Below are positions 50,536-63,469 of a DNA stretch of 64,000 nucleotides, in pieces. The position numbers and the translations under genes are program-made. How positions within the stretch are numbered: the first letter of the stretch is position 1; each line of letters opens with the position of its first letter. The notes beneath the pieces are model-generated. The model ran no database searches, was not told the DNA's origin, and was given only the letters and a program-made list of their open reading frames with translations. The DNA is from Heterodontus francisci (Eukaryota). The stretch is taken from the NCBI RefSeq assembly GCF_036365525.1, contig NC_090379.1:61315202-61379201 (forward strand). Reading direction: 5' to 3'.

Positions 50536-53500
50536 TAAGGATTTAATAAGTATTTATTTATTTTATATTAATTAACTAATTAGTGATAGAAATGTCAGTT
50601 AGAGGGGTGAAGTGCTTCACCTGTGAGATGTGGGAAGTCCGTGACGCTTCCAGCGTTCCGGGCGACTACATCTGCAGGAAGTGTACCCAGTTGCAGCTCC
50701 TCACAGACCGCATGGATCGGTTGGAGCGGCAACTGGATGCACTTAGGAGCATGCAGGTGGCGGAAAGCGTCATAGACAGGAGTTTTAGAGAAGTGGTTAC
50801 ACCCAAAGTGCAGGCAGATAGATGGGTGACCGCTAGCAGGGGCAGGCAGTCAGTGCAGGAATCCCCTGTGTCTATCCCCCTCTCTAACAAGTATACAGTT
50901 TTGGATACTGTTGCGGGGGATGGCCTATCAGGGGAAAACAGCAGCAGCCAGAGCAGTGGCACCACGGTTGGCACTGTTGTTCAGCAGGGAGGGACAAAGC
51001 GCAGAAGAGCACTAGTTGTAGGGGACTCCATAGTCAGGGGCACAGATAGGCGCTTCTGTGGACGTGAGAGAGACTCCAGGAAGGTATGTTGCCTCCCTGG
51101 TGCCAGGGTCAAGGATGTCTCTGAACGGACAGAGGGCATTCTGAAGGGGGAGGGTGAACAGCCAGAGGTTGTGGTACACATCGGTACCAATGACATAGGC
51201 AGGAAGAGTGATGAGGTCCTGCAGGGGGAGTTTAGGGAGTTAGGTAGAAAGTTAAAAAACAGGACCTCGAGGGTTGTAATCTCTGGATTACTCCCTGTGC
51301 CACGTGCCAGTGAGGCTAGAAATAGGAAGATAGTGCAGCTAACACGTGGCTGAGCAGCTGGTGTAGAAGGGAGGGTTTCAGATATCTGGACCATTGGGCT
51401 CTCTTCAGGGACAGATGGGACCTGTACAAGAAGGACGGGTTGCATCTAAACTGGAAGGGCACTAATATCCTGGCTGCAAGGTTTGCTAGGGTCACTCGGG
51501 AGGGTTTAAACTAGTGTGGCAGGGGGGTGGGAACCAGAGCAGTAGGACAGCTAGTGAAGTAAATGAGGAGGACATAGTAAATAAGGCCAGTAGGACTAAG
51601 AGGAAAAGCAGGCAGGGAGATGTTGCTGAGCACAGCGGGACTGGTGGTCTGAAGTGCATTTGTTTCAATGCGAGAAGTATAACGGGTAAGGCAGATGAAC
51701 TTAGAGCTTGGATTAGTACTTGGAAATATGATGTTGTTGCTATTACAGAGACTTGGTTGAGGGAAGGGCAGGATTGGCAGTTAAATGTTCCAGGCTTTAG
51801 AAGCTTCAGGCGGGATAGAGGGGGATGTAAAAGGGGTGGGGGAGTTGCATTACTGGTTAAGGAGAATATCACAGCTGTACTGCGGGAGGACACCTCAGAG
51901 GGGTCATGCAGCGAGGCAGTATGGGTGGAGCTCAGGAATAGGAAAGGTGCAGTCACGATGTTGGGGGTTTACTACAGGCCTTCCAACAGCCAGCGGGAGG
52001 TAGAGGAGCAGATATGTAGACAGATTTTGGAAAGATGTAAAGGTAACAGGGTTGTAGTGGTGGGTGATTTTAACTTCCCCAATATTGACTGGGACTCACT
52101 TAGTGCTAAGGGCTTGGATGGGGCAGAATTTGTGAGGAGCATCCAGGACGGCTTCTTGAAACAGTATGTCGATAGTCCAACTCGGAATGGGGCCATTCTG
52201 GACCTGGTATTGGGGAATGAGCCCGGCCAGGTGGTCGAAGTTTCTGTGGGGGAGCATTTCGGGAACAGTGACCATAATTCCATAAGTTTTAAGGTACTTG
52301 TGGATAAGGATAAGAGTAGTCCTCGGGTGAAGGTGCTAAATTGGGGGAAGGCTAATTATAACAATATTAGGCAGGAACTGAAGAATTTAGATTGGGGGCG
52401 GCTGTTTGAGGGTAAATCAACATCTGACATGTGGAAGTCTTTCAAATGTCAGCTGATTAGAATCCAGGACCAGCATGTTCCTGTGAGGAAGAAAGACAAG
52501 TTTGGCAAGTTTCCGGAAGCTTGGATAACACGGGATATTGTGAGCCTAGTCAAAAAGAAAAAGGAAGCATTTGTAAGGGCTGGAAGGCTAGGAACAGATC
52601 AAGCACTTGAAGAATATAAAGACCGTAGGAAAGAACTTAAGCAAGAAGTTAGGAGGGCTAAAAGGGGTCATGAAAAGTCATTGGCAAACAGGATTAAGGA
52701 AAATCCCAAGGCTTTTTATACATATATAAAGAGCAAGAGGGTAACCAGGGAAAGGGTTGGTCCACTCCAGGACAGAGATGGGAATCTATGCGTGGAGCCA
52801 GAGGAAATGGGTGAGATGCTTAATGCATCAGTATTCACCAAGGAGAAGGACTTGGTGGATGATGAGCCTAGGGAAGGGAGTGCAGATAGTCTCAGTCATC
52901 TCATTATCAAAAAGAAGGGGGTGTTGGGTGTCTTGCAAAGCATTAAGGTAGATAAGTCCTCAGGGCCTGATGGGATCTACCCTAGAATACTGAGGGAGGC
53001 AAGGGAATAAATTGCTGGGGTCTTGACAGAAATCTTTGCATCCTCATTGGCGTCAGGTGAGGTCCCAGAGGCCTGGAGAATAGCCAATGTTGTTCCTTTG
53101 TTTAAGAAGGGTGGTAAGGATAATCCAGGAAATTATAGGCCGGTGAGCCTTACGTCAGTGGTAGGGAAACTATTAGAGAGGATTATTCGGGACAGGATTT
53201 ACTCCCATTTGGAAACAAACGAACTTATTAGAGAGAGACGGCATGGTTTTGTGAAGGGGAGGTCGTGTTTTACTAATTTGATTGAGTATTTTGAGGAAGT
53301 GACGAAGATGATTGATGAGGGAAGGGTGGTGGATGTTGTCTATCTGGACTTTAGTAAAGCCTTTGACAAGGTCCCGCATGGCAGACTGGTGCAAAAGGTG
53401 AAGTCACATGGGATCAGAAGTGAGCTGGCAAGATGAATACAGAACTGGCTCGGTCACAGAAGACAGAGGGTAACAGTGGATGGGTGTTTTTCTGAATGGA

Positions 53501-54472
53501 GGGATGTGACTAGTGGTGTTCCACAGGGATCAGTGCTGGGACCTTTGCTGTTTGTAGTATATATAAATGATTTGGAGGAAAATGTAGCTGGTCTGATTAG
53601 TAAGTTTGCGGACGACACAAAGGTTGGTGGAGTTGCGGATAATGATGAGGATTGTCAGAGGATACAGCAGGATATAGATCGGTTGGAGACTTGGGCGGAG
53701 AAATGGCAGATGGAGTTTAATCCGGACAAATGTGAGGTAATGCATTTTGGAAGGTCTAATGCAGGTGGGAGGTATACAGTAAATGGCAGAACCCTTCGGA
53801 GTATTGACAGGCAGAGAAGGCATTCGGCATGCTTGCCTTCATCGGTCGGGGCATAGAGTATAAAAATTGGCAAGTCATCTTGCAGCTGTACAGAACCTTA
53901 GTTCGGCCACACTTAGAATATTGCGTGCAATTCTGGTCGCCACACTACCAGAAGGACGTGGAGGCTTTGGCGAGGGTACAGAAGAGGTTTACCAGGATGT
54001 TGCCTGGTCTGGAGGGCATTAGCTATGAGGAGAGGTTGGAAAAACTCGGATTGTTTTCATTGGAACGACGGAGGTGGAGGGGCGACATGATAGAGGTTTA
54101 CAAAGTTGAGTGGCATGGACAGAGTGGATAGTCAGAAGCTTTTTCCCAGGGTGGAAGAGTCAGTTACTAGGGGACATAGGTTTAAGGTGCGAGGGGCAAA
54201 GTTTAGAGGGGATGTGCGAGGCAAGTTTTTTTACACAGAGGGTGGTGAGTGCCTGGAACTTGCTGCCAGGGGAGGTGGTGGAAGCAGATACGATAGCGAC
54301 ATTTAAGAGACATCTTGACAAATATATGAATAGGAAGGGAATAGGGGGATATGGGCCCCGGAAGTGCAGAAGGTGTTAGTTTTGGCAGGCATCAAGATCG
54401 GCACAGGCTTGGAGGGCTGAATGGCCTGTTCCTGTGCTGTACTGTTCTTTGTTCTTTGTTTGTTTGTTCTTT
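50536..54472 (+). mobile_element. Near full-length CR1 LINE: ORF1 (Zn finger, coiled coil, SGNH esterase) and ORF2 (APE-RT), recently inactivated
   Basis: ORF1 has CxxC..CxxC, GDSIVRG, HIGTND, DGLHLN and ends TAG 51512-14, with a 1-nt deletion at ~51342. ORF2 has FNARS, ITETW, GDFN, SDHN, PQGSVLGP, FADD, stops at 53008 and 53434, and a ~64-bp deletion at ~53816. (TTCTTTG)n tail. Confidence 0.95.
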
Positions 54473-54734
54473 TCATGTGGGTCTAGACTGTGACTGTTAC
54501 TCTGTTGAGAATTGTAGCCAAGCCTGTTAATGCCCTTGATCAGCTGTGTGCCAAAGCTAATAGTAGTGCCTTTACTGGTACCCCCAAATCAGCACACAGC
54601 AGGGATCAAACTTTACACTTACTTGTCTGCATGGTTTGGTTTGATGTTAGGTGGTGGAGTATTAGCAATGTGGTAACGGAGCACTTAGAAAATCACTATG
54701 ATTATGCAGAGCCAACATAAAAGGGAAATCGGAT

Positions 54735-56405
54735 TTGACAAATCTATTAGATTTTTTTGATTAGCAGCGCAGACAAGTGGGAACCAGTGGAGGTAGTATT
54801 TGGATTTTCAAAAGGCATTTGATAAGGTACCATATAGGACCTTTTACACAAGATTAGGGCTCATAGGATTGGGATGTTAGCTTGGTTTGAGGATTAGTTA
54901 ACGGATAGTAAATGGAGAGTTGGAATAAATGGGCAGTTTTCTGGTTGGTAGGTTTAACTAATGGGGTGCCACAAGGATCAGTTCTTGGGTCTCAGCTATT
55001 TACAGTCTATGTCATTGACTTGGCTGAGGGAAGCAAGTGCATTGTATCTAAGTTTTCTGTCGATACAAAGCTAGGTGGGAAAGTAAGCTATGAGGAGGAC
55101 ACAGAGGGGATATAGACAGGTTAAGTGAGTGGATAAGAAGGTCACAAATGAAGTATAATGTGGGGAAGATCACAAATGAAGTATCATGTGGGGAAATGTG
55201 AAATTATCCACTTTGGTAGGAAGGACAGAAAAAAAGACTTTTTAAAAAGGGTGAGAGACTGCACAGGGATCTGGGTGTCCTTGTACATGAAACACAGAAA
55301 GTTAACATCCAGGTATAGCAAGCACTTAGAAAGGTAAATGGTATGTTGGCCTTTATTGCAAGGGAGTTAGAGTATAAGAGTAGGGAAGTCTTGTGCAATT
55401 AGATAGGACTTTGGTGAGTTCGTACCTGGAGTGCTGTGTACAGTTTTGCCCTCTGCACCTATGGAAGGCTATACTTGCCTTCAAAGGGGTACAATGAAAG
55501 TTCACTAGATTGATTTCTAGGATGAGAAGGTTGGTCTATGAAGAGAGGTTGTTTAGAATGCACTTATAAGACTGGATTTTATGGGGCCCCCTGAGGCAGA
55601 GTCGGAAGCGGGGGGCCCCATAAAATTACAACAGGGACGGGACTGGGGTGGGGGGGTGGGCGGTGAGTGGTGGAAGGCCGTCGCTAAACTATTTTTGTCA
55701 GGGGTGGCCCAGAGGCCACTTGAGGGCCTTAAGTAGCCAATTAATGATCACTTGAGGGCCTCTTTCCCCCTGCTGCTGGGATTTAACCAGCGGGGGCAGT
55801 GGGGGTACCTCCTCCACGTGGGGAGGTCGCCTAGTAATATGAGGCGCCCTCCCTGCTGGATTTGGGGAGGAGGTGGGTCCCTCCTCCATGAGCAATCTGT
55901 GGCCCCCAGAGGACCCCCACTGGGAAAAACTCTACCTCCCCTGCACACCCCTCCTCCACTACACGCCCACCCTCCCACCCACCCCTCGCCAGGCACCTCT
56001 GGACTGGCTCCGGCGACCCAGCTTTACTTACCTGAGGTCCGGGTCTCCAGCGCTGGGCCAGGGTCCAAGGTCTCAACAGTACCAGCTGTGGCCATTGCTC
56101 CTGGTAGCACTGTTGATACTGCTGAGCTACCAGCTCTGTGATTGACCAGCAGCTTTTGGAGCAGGTTCCCCTCCTTTGAAGGGACAGGGATCCCGGTTTT
56201 GGCCACTTAAGTGCTAGAACGATGTAAGAATGCACTGGTGGGTGGGTTGCTCAGAAAGGCCGAGGCGGGGCTCCCCCCACCTTTTTGGCCCTGTGTTGGG
56301 AGCGCCAGCACCACAAAATCCAACCCATATTCTCTGGATTTTTGAAGAATGAGAGGTGGTCTCATTGAAATGTAGAAGGATCTTCAGAGGGCTTGACAGG
56401 GTGGA
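54735..56405 (+). mobile_element. Decayed CR1 RT/3' fragment interrupted by a MITE
   Basis: GVPQGSVLG and downstream CR1 motifs resume after 56329. Confidence 0.75.
55569..56326. mobile_element. GC-rich PIF/Harbinger-like MITE
   Basis: Imperfect TIR agactggattttatgg / ccacaaaatccaaccc (12/16); 3-bp ATA on both sides; cleanly splits a CR1. Confidence 0.7.
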
Positions 56406-56570
56406 TGTTAACGTTTCAGTTCGATGACCTTTCAGAAGCTCTGGTAAAAGGTCATCGACCTATTAACTCTGTTTCTCTCTCCACAGATGCTGCCAAACCT
56501 GCTAAGCATTTCCAACATTTTCTGTTCTTATTTCAGATTTCCAGCATCCGCTGTATTTTGCTTTTGTATT
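56405..56570. repeat. Penelope pLTR-like repeat with two inverted, decayed hammerhead-like motifs
   Basis: aacgtttcagttcgatgacctttcaga followed by ctggtaaaaggtcatcgacct..ttaactctgtttctctctccacagatgctg. Confidence 0.6.
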
Positions 56571-56574
56571 AGTG

Positions 56575-58030
56575 TTTAATCCATTCTCATATTGTGGGCC
56601 TGACATTTATCATAAGCCTTCTTTTTCAGTTTTGTTTGAATCTCTATATCTTTAGTCATCCAGGGAACTCCAGCTTTGAATTCTTTTCCTTTCCTCCTTA
56701 CGGGAATGTGTCTAGTCTGTACCCGAACTTTGAAGGCCCCAAATGCTCATTTATTGTTTAATGTAGCAATATTTGGTTCCAATCCACCTGGGCCAAATCC
56801 TTTTTCAACTCACTGAAATTAGTCCTCCTCTGGTTGCCTATTTTTACATTTGATTGCTCCTTGTCCTTTTTCCACAACTACTCAAAACCTAATACTGTGA
56901 TCACTGTTACCCAAATGCACCCCCACTGAAACATGATCCACTTGCCTCACTTCTTTCCCCAGAACCAAATTCAGAACTGCTTCCTTCTTTGTTGGGCTGC
57001 AAACATACTGATCAAGAAAGTTCTTTTCTACAGATTTCAGGAATTCCTCCTCTTTGCCTTTAACACTGTCATTTCACCAGTCTATGTTAGGATAATTGAA
57101 TTCCTCCTTATCCCTACTCAATAGTTCTCACATTTTTCTGTACTTTGCCTTCAAATTTGCTCATCTACCTCCTCCCCAATATTTGGTGACAAAGAGTATT
57201 CACCCAGCACCATAACCGGTCTGCTATTGTTCCTTAATTCTAACCAAATAGATTCTTTGAGCCTTCAAGTACATCATCCCTTTCCAATACTGACCAATAC
57301 TACCACCCCACTTCCATTTTTTTCATCCCTCTCTTTCCTGAATATTTTGTAACCATGAATATTAAGTTCCCAATCCTCCACTTGTTTGAACCAGGCCCCT
57401 TTGTTGCCGCTATATGATAATCCCATGTGTCAATTTGTGCCTACAACTCGCCAACCTTATTGACCACACTTCCAAATCCATCTTGGCTTACCTCGCATTT
57501 CACCCATCTGATCCGTCCTGTTTCTGTTTTTCTACAGTACTCTTTATTCTAATGCTGTTTGTCCCTCCCAATCCTCTGTGCACCTTGTTTCTCTCTAATA
57601 CTTCAACCTACTGTCCCTTCTCCTGTCAAATTGATTTAAATCCTGCTCCACAGCGCAAGTTAACCTTGCCACAAGGAAATTGGTTCCAGCCCTGTTGAGA
57701 TGCAAATCATCCATCTTGTACACATCCCTCCTGCTCTAGAAGTGGTTTCAATGCCCCAGAAATCTGAAGCCCTCTCTCCTGAACCCATGTGTCAGCCAGA
57801 CATTAACTTGCCTTATTTTACTGTCCCTCTAGTCAATAGCATGTGGCACTCAGAGTAATCTAGAGATTGATGCTTTTTGAGGTCCTGCTCTTTAGCTTCC
57901 CCCCTAGCTCTTGAAACTTTGACTGCACGACAAGTCTTTTCCTTCCTAATTTGTTGCTTCCAGCATGGACCACGATCTCTTGCTGTTCCCTCTTCCCCAT
58001 GCAGAATGTTTTGCACCTGTTCTGTGAAAA
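56575..58030 (-). mobile_element. Old CR1 5' portion (ORF1 esterase plus APE), decayed
   Basis: Minus strand IVVHAGSN..G...FQELG.KLKSRTS matches ORF1 at 51170-51280. Confidence 0.7.
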
Positions 58031-58320
58031 TGATACACTGGTATAGAAACTCGAGGCTTCCCAGTTAAAGAAAGTTTGCATTTATATTGCAAACTTAAAA
58101 AACCTCAGGATGTCCCAAGGTATTTTACAACCAATTAAGTGCTTTTTAAAATGCAGTCTCTGTTGTAATACAGGAAAAAAATGTTTTCAAAAAATGAGGA
58201 AGAGCAAGTAAGCAATTTTTTTGAAAATCTTTTCTTAATTCCTATTTTGCAGGTTTGATGCAAGTCTTTGAAATTATTTTAGAAAACTTACTGATTTGTT
58301 TTTGTATTTCATAAAACCAG

Positions 58321-58396
58321 TGTTCAAGTTTAAATCATGAACATGCCACTGCAGCACACCTTCCAACAGAACCAGCAGATGGCAGCAGACATGAAG
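58321..58396 (+). CDS. KIAA0586: Probable TALPID3 exon 3
   Basis: ccag| CSSLNHEHATAAHLPTEPADGSRHE(G) |gtatga; strong donor; phase 0 to 1 fits the next exon. Confidence 0.6.
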
Positions 58397-58709
58397 GTAT
58401 GACCATGAACACATAATTCCAAATTGGTTTATTGGCATTTCTGAGAATGTAAATATGTGCAATGGACTCATGATTTACCATATTTCAGTTTAAAAGTGTC
58501 TTCCATTGCATGTGTCTTGTTTCAATTCATAGAGCAATATGATGCTCGCTGTGAGTTTACTTGTGATTGCTGTAAATGCTGCTTCATGATTAGTCTACTG
58601 GACATGCAATTTCAAGGGCAGATGATAAAATTCATCGCTGCTTTTTAGGCAAATTTTGTGCTGTAAATCTGATATTGGTTGTGCAGCAACATTTGATTAA
58701 TTTTGAAAT

Positions 58710-60700
58710 TAGAAGAATAGTAATAAGAGTAGACTATTCAGTCCCTTGAACCTGTTCTGCCATTCGGTTACATTGTGACTCATGATATATCTTCATTTAC
58801 CTGTTATGTATCTTTATTCCTTAATACCTTGCCTGAGAAAAATCTGTTGATCTCAGTTTTAAAGTTTTCAATTGATCGAGTCTCGATGGCTTTTTGGGGG
58901 GCAAAGTTTCAGATTTCTACTAGCCTGTGTGTGAAGAAGTTTTTCCTGACTACAGCTCTGAACATCCTAGCATTAATTTTAAGGTTATGTCCCCTTGTTC
59001 TGGATTTCCTCACCCATGGAAAGAGCTTGCCTCTCTCTACTCCATCAGATCCTTTAATCATCTTAAACACCTCAATTAGATCACTCCTTAATCACCTACA
59101 CTCGGGAATATATGCCTAGACTGTGCAATCTGTTTTCATAATTTTACCCTTTTAGCCCAAGTATTCAGTAAATCTGCTCTACATCTCCTCCATGGCCAAT
59201 ATGTCTTTCTTGCAGTATAGTGCCCAGAACTGAATGCAGTACTCTAGATGCAGTCTAACCAAAGCGTCTACAACTGTAGCATAGTCTCCACCCTTTTATA
59301 TTCCAATCATAATAAAGGCCACCATTCTATTAAGCGATTAGATTAGAGATACAGCACTGAAACAGGCCCTTCGGCCCACCAAGTCTGTGCCAAACATCAA
59401 CCACCCATTTATACTAATCCTACACTAATCCCATATTCCTACCAAACATCCCCACCTGTCCCTATATTTCCCTACCACCTACCTATACTAGTGGCAATTT
59501 ATAATGGCCAATTTACCTATCAACCTGCAAGTCTTTTGGCTTGTGGGAGGAAACCGGAGCACCCGGAGAAAACCCACGCAGACACAGGGAGAACTTGCAA
59601 ACTCCACACAGGCAGTACCCGGAATCGAACCCGGGTCCCTGGAGCTGTGAGGCTGCGGTGCTAACCACTGCGCCACTGTGCCGCCTTTTAGACTTTTAAA
59701 CATTTTTTTTGGACCTGTCCACTAGTTTTTAGTGATTTCTGTACATGACCCCTAAATCTCTGTTCCTCCACTGTTCTAGCTTCTCGCCATTTAGAAAATT
59801 CTCTGATCTTGGGTCCAAAGAAATTACCTCACACTTCCCCAATTGAACTCCATCTGCCACAGTTTTACCCACTTACTTAGTCTATCACTGTGCCTTTGAA
59901 ACTTTTTGTTTCCATCTACGCTAAATACTGTGCCACCAAACCTAGTGCTGTTAGCAAGCTTGGATTTAGGCACTCCATTTGTTTATTTAAGTCATTGATA
60001 AATATAGTGAAAATCTGAGGATCCAGTGCAGATCCCTGGTCACATCCTGCCAATTGGAGTACTGACTACCCATTATCCCTACTCTGTTTCCTTTCTACTT
60101 CCCAACCAGTTTCCTATCAATGTCAATAGGTTGCTTCTATTTTCATGTGCATTCATTTTTGCGAATAGTCTCCTGTGTGGAACTTTATTGAATACCTTTT
60201 GGAAGTCTATATCAGTAACAGACACAAACATTCCCTTATCTACTATGCTAGGAACCTCCTCAGAAAATTTAATTCAAACTAGTTTGGCATGACTTGCCCT
60301 TTTCAAATCTATACTAGTTCTTTCTCTGATTGGTTCATATTTGTCCAAATGCTCAGTCACATTGTCCCTAATGACAGATTCCAGTAACTTTTAATAACAA
60401 CAGACTTTAAACTAATAGGGCTGTATTTTCCTGGTTTCTCCTACACTTTCAATGCAATGGGCCAATTCCTAAACCAATATCATGATTAAAGCTTCTACAG
60501 TTTCTGTTCCTACAAAGTTTTCACCCCAGGGATTTAAAATTTCAGAGATTTGACTAACTTGAGTCTCATTATTTTCAGCATTACCATTTTTGAACATATT
60601 AAATCTAGTAAATTCCTCTCCTTGATTTATTTTTATTTTTCCTCATCTTTATCCTTTTCCTTTATTTTGTATCAGTCTTTACAGTAATCATTTTAGCAAG
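58710..60700 (-). mobile_element. Decayed CR1 3'/RT portion containing a V-SINE
   Basis: CR1 tail at 58710-58790 and RT remnants. Confidence 0.7.
59336..59685 (-). mobile_element. HE1-like V-SINE, intact
   Basis: A and B boxes, V domain, CR1-type tail ending (ctaat)n. Confidence 0.9.
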
Positions 60701-61207
60701 TCTGCCTTCTCCTGAATTTCAATTACAATATCCCTTGCACCTGTAAGATTTAAAAGTCAATATGTCTAGATCATGCAAGTAAATCCAGATTGCTAGTTCC
60801 TAATTTCACCTGGACGTCTTGGTAGGTGGCAAAGGTTGTTCTCCACAATGAACAAAACAAATGAGAATATAAAGTTGCTGTAATGAACTTCCTACTGTGA
60901 TTGCAGAGTTCCTCTTGTAGGTTATCCCACCACTTGGTTGAGAATGGTAGGCGTTAGGAGTGGCAGGAACTAACATGAAGAATGGAGGCCAAGAAAATAT
61001 CTGAGAGGAAAGTTTTCCTTGGCACCTTTCTTATCACAAATATAAGGTTAGGTAGGAGGAGGGGGACTTCCACTTGACAAAAACAAGATTAGTGGGCACA
61101 AACTTGGAAGTAAGATTATCTGTAGAAAGGTAGCTATGGCTCTTTATGATTAATTATACTTATGTGACTCACTATAGTAGCTGTCATTTGAATTCTCATT
61201 TTTGTAG

Positions 61208-61274
61208 GAAATGATATTTTGATTTCCCAGTATACCAGAGGGCAGAAAGAAGCAATGAAAGCCATTGTCAAGCG
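61208..61274 (+). CDS. KIAA0586: TALPID3 exon 4 (gene continues beyond the window)
   Basis: tttgtag| (G)NDILISQYTRGQKEAMKAIVK(R) |gtaagt resembles human [22 protein letters not shown] as recalled. Confidence 0.88.
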
Positions 61275-61604
61275 GTAAGTTGCTAAGTGCCAATTTTAAT
61301 ATCTTGTCATACTATGACTGTTTCTGGGAGGGGAGAAGGTGTTGGTGGGGGGGGGGGGGTGGAATGCAAAAATCAGTTCATGATTTCATCTTCGGCTAAA
61401 TCCATGCTCAGTAATGTGAATTCTATGTGAGATAAGTGCAAAGTAACTTTTATGGGTCAAAGGTAAATCATGTTTTTGTAAGCTATGGATGTGCTGGCTC
61501 AATGTACTTAATTGTGTAAATAGATTATAGGTAGATGTATTCAGCTAAAATTCTTTTTATGCAAATCAGATTTAATTCTTTATTGAAGTCCATCTACTTT
61601 TAAA

Positions 61605-62065
61605 CAAAGACTTACATTTATATAGTGCCTTTCATGACCTTGGGATGTCCCAAAGCTCTTTGCAGCCAGTGAAGTACTTTTGAAGTGTTGTCAGTTATAA
61701 TGTAGGAAACACAGCAGCCAATTTTCACACAGCAAGCACTCATAAACAACAATGTGATAGTGACCAGATAATCTGTCTTTTTTAGTGATGTTGATTTGAG
61801 GGATAAATATTGACTAGGATACTAGCGATAACTTCCTTGCTCTTCTTAGACACAGTGCCATAGGGTCTTTTACATTCACCTCAGAGAACTGATGGGGCCA
61901 CAGTTTAACATCTCATTCAAAAGGCAGTGCATCCGGCCAGGCAGCACCTTCTCAGTACTGCACAGGAGTGTCAGCCTAAATTTTTGTGCTCAAGTCTTTG
62001 TAGTGAGTCTTGAACACCTACAACCTACTGACTCAGAGGCAAAGGTGCTATCAGCTGAGCCATGG
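61605..62065 (-). mobile_element. Deu-domain SINE with tRNA head and L2-type tail
   Basis: Deu-domain sequence; tail gaaaggcactatataaatgtaagtc resembles the L2 3' ends at 3710 and 29175. Confidence 0.75.
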
Positions 62066-62272
62066 CTATCAATTTTATGTGGAAAAGGATTGGATTAAGA
62101 TAATGTGCAGCTCACTTGTCAGTTTAAAATATCCCTTTCTTTCCTGGCTCTGTTGTGGATCTGTAGAGAAACTCATTGACATTGAAACAGTGGCTTTCCT
62201 GTGATATTGTTCTTGGTTAGTTGTAGGATATGCTGTTTCATAATATTAGGAGTATTAAAGCATGAACTCAAT

Positions 62273-62961
62273 GGCCCAGATTTAACGGTGGGCTGTCAAC
62301 ACTCACCCATATTACTGGCTAAAACTGACAGCAGCTTCTGGCATGCACATGTGCCAATGAATCCCGCACAGAGATGCTATCATGGTGTGAACTGAGTTTA
62401 ATTACCCACTATTCTTGCTCTTAAAAACAGTTAAAAAGTTAGGGCCTGTTTAGTCAGGAAGAACTGAGTTTTTAACGGCATTGTGGATGATAATTACTGC
62501 TGACTGACTTCTTTGGACCTGAAAAATTAATTTGACAGAGTGGAGTTTCATTTCCTCAGAAGAAAATTAATGTCGCAGATTTTTAAAAATGTAAAATTAG
62601 AATAATTTTTTATCGCTTTCCTGTTTTGCTCTTTTATGTATTTCCCTTAATTGCATGATGTAGCCCAATCTTTATTTCACTTTCTGTTCAGTGATTTAAA
62701 TGTAATTTATAGTTTTTTTTCTATTTCCTGCTTTGTTGTCTGTGTGCCTGTGAGCATTCTTCAATTAGATTGATTGAGAAGCCTCGTGCTGCTTTTCTCA
62801 CTCACAGACACCACAGATCACCTGCAGAGGGCGCCAAATTCAACTCTATACCTTATTACCAGAAATCTCCGCTGACAAAACCCTTTAAAAGTCCGTGGGC
62901 GCTGTACGTGAGGTGAACAGCGAAAGCCATTCCTTTGCCCTTTACAGCAAAATCTGGGTCC
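62273..62961 (+). mobile_element. Harbinger-like MITE family copy 3
   Basis: TIR ggcccagattt / aaatctgggtcc. Confidence 0.6.
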
Positions 62962-63469
62962 ATGGAATTTTTGGAGAAATTCTAGCCATAATGGGGCAAG
63001 TTTTCCTTTGTGCATGGTGTATAATTGCAAATGCATTTTCTGTGAATTAGGTATTGAGCTTTGGCATTGTTAATGGACAAAAAAATGGCTCTCATAACAC
63101 ACACTATTATCTGAAGAGAAAAAGATTTGTAGGGCGATGGGGAAAGGGCCGGGGAGTGGGGCTAGGTAAGTTGTTCTTGCAGACAGCCAGCACAGACCTA
63201 ATAGGCCGAATGGCCTCCTATGCTGTGGACAAGCTACGATTCTATCTGTGACATTCTAACTTTTTCTGCGTTGCTATTTTTGTTCTACACTCTTCCTCTT
63301 TTTTTCTGTCTTGTGCCCTCTTGTCATCGTGTTGTTTGTATCTTTATTGCTGTCCATCTTCCTTTGTCACTGTTCATCACTTTTTTTGAAAATCTTCCAT
63401 TTCCTGTGTTTTGTCTCATCTGTGTGTCTCATCAGTTTCTGGCTGTCAGCCATTTTGCTTCACCATCGT

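Noticed and set aside
55698-56235. Overlapping GC-rich ORFs or a CpG-island gene
   Set aside because: These lie inside a TIR-bounded MITE, have no recognisable protein, and reflect GC content.
59600-59685. tRNA gene
   Set aside because: The A and B boxes are the head of a V-SINE present three times; this is not a standalone tRNA.
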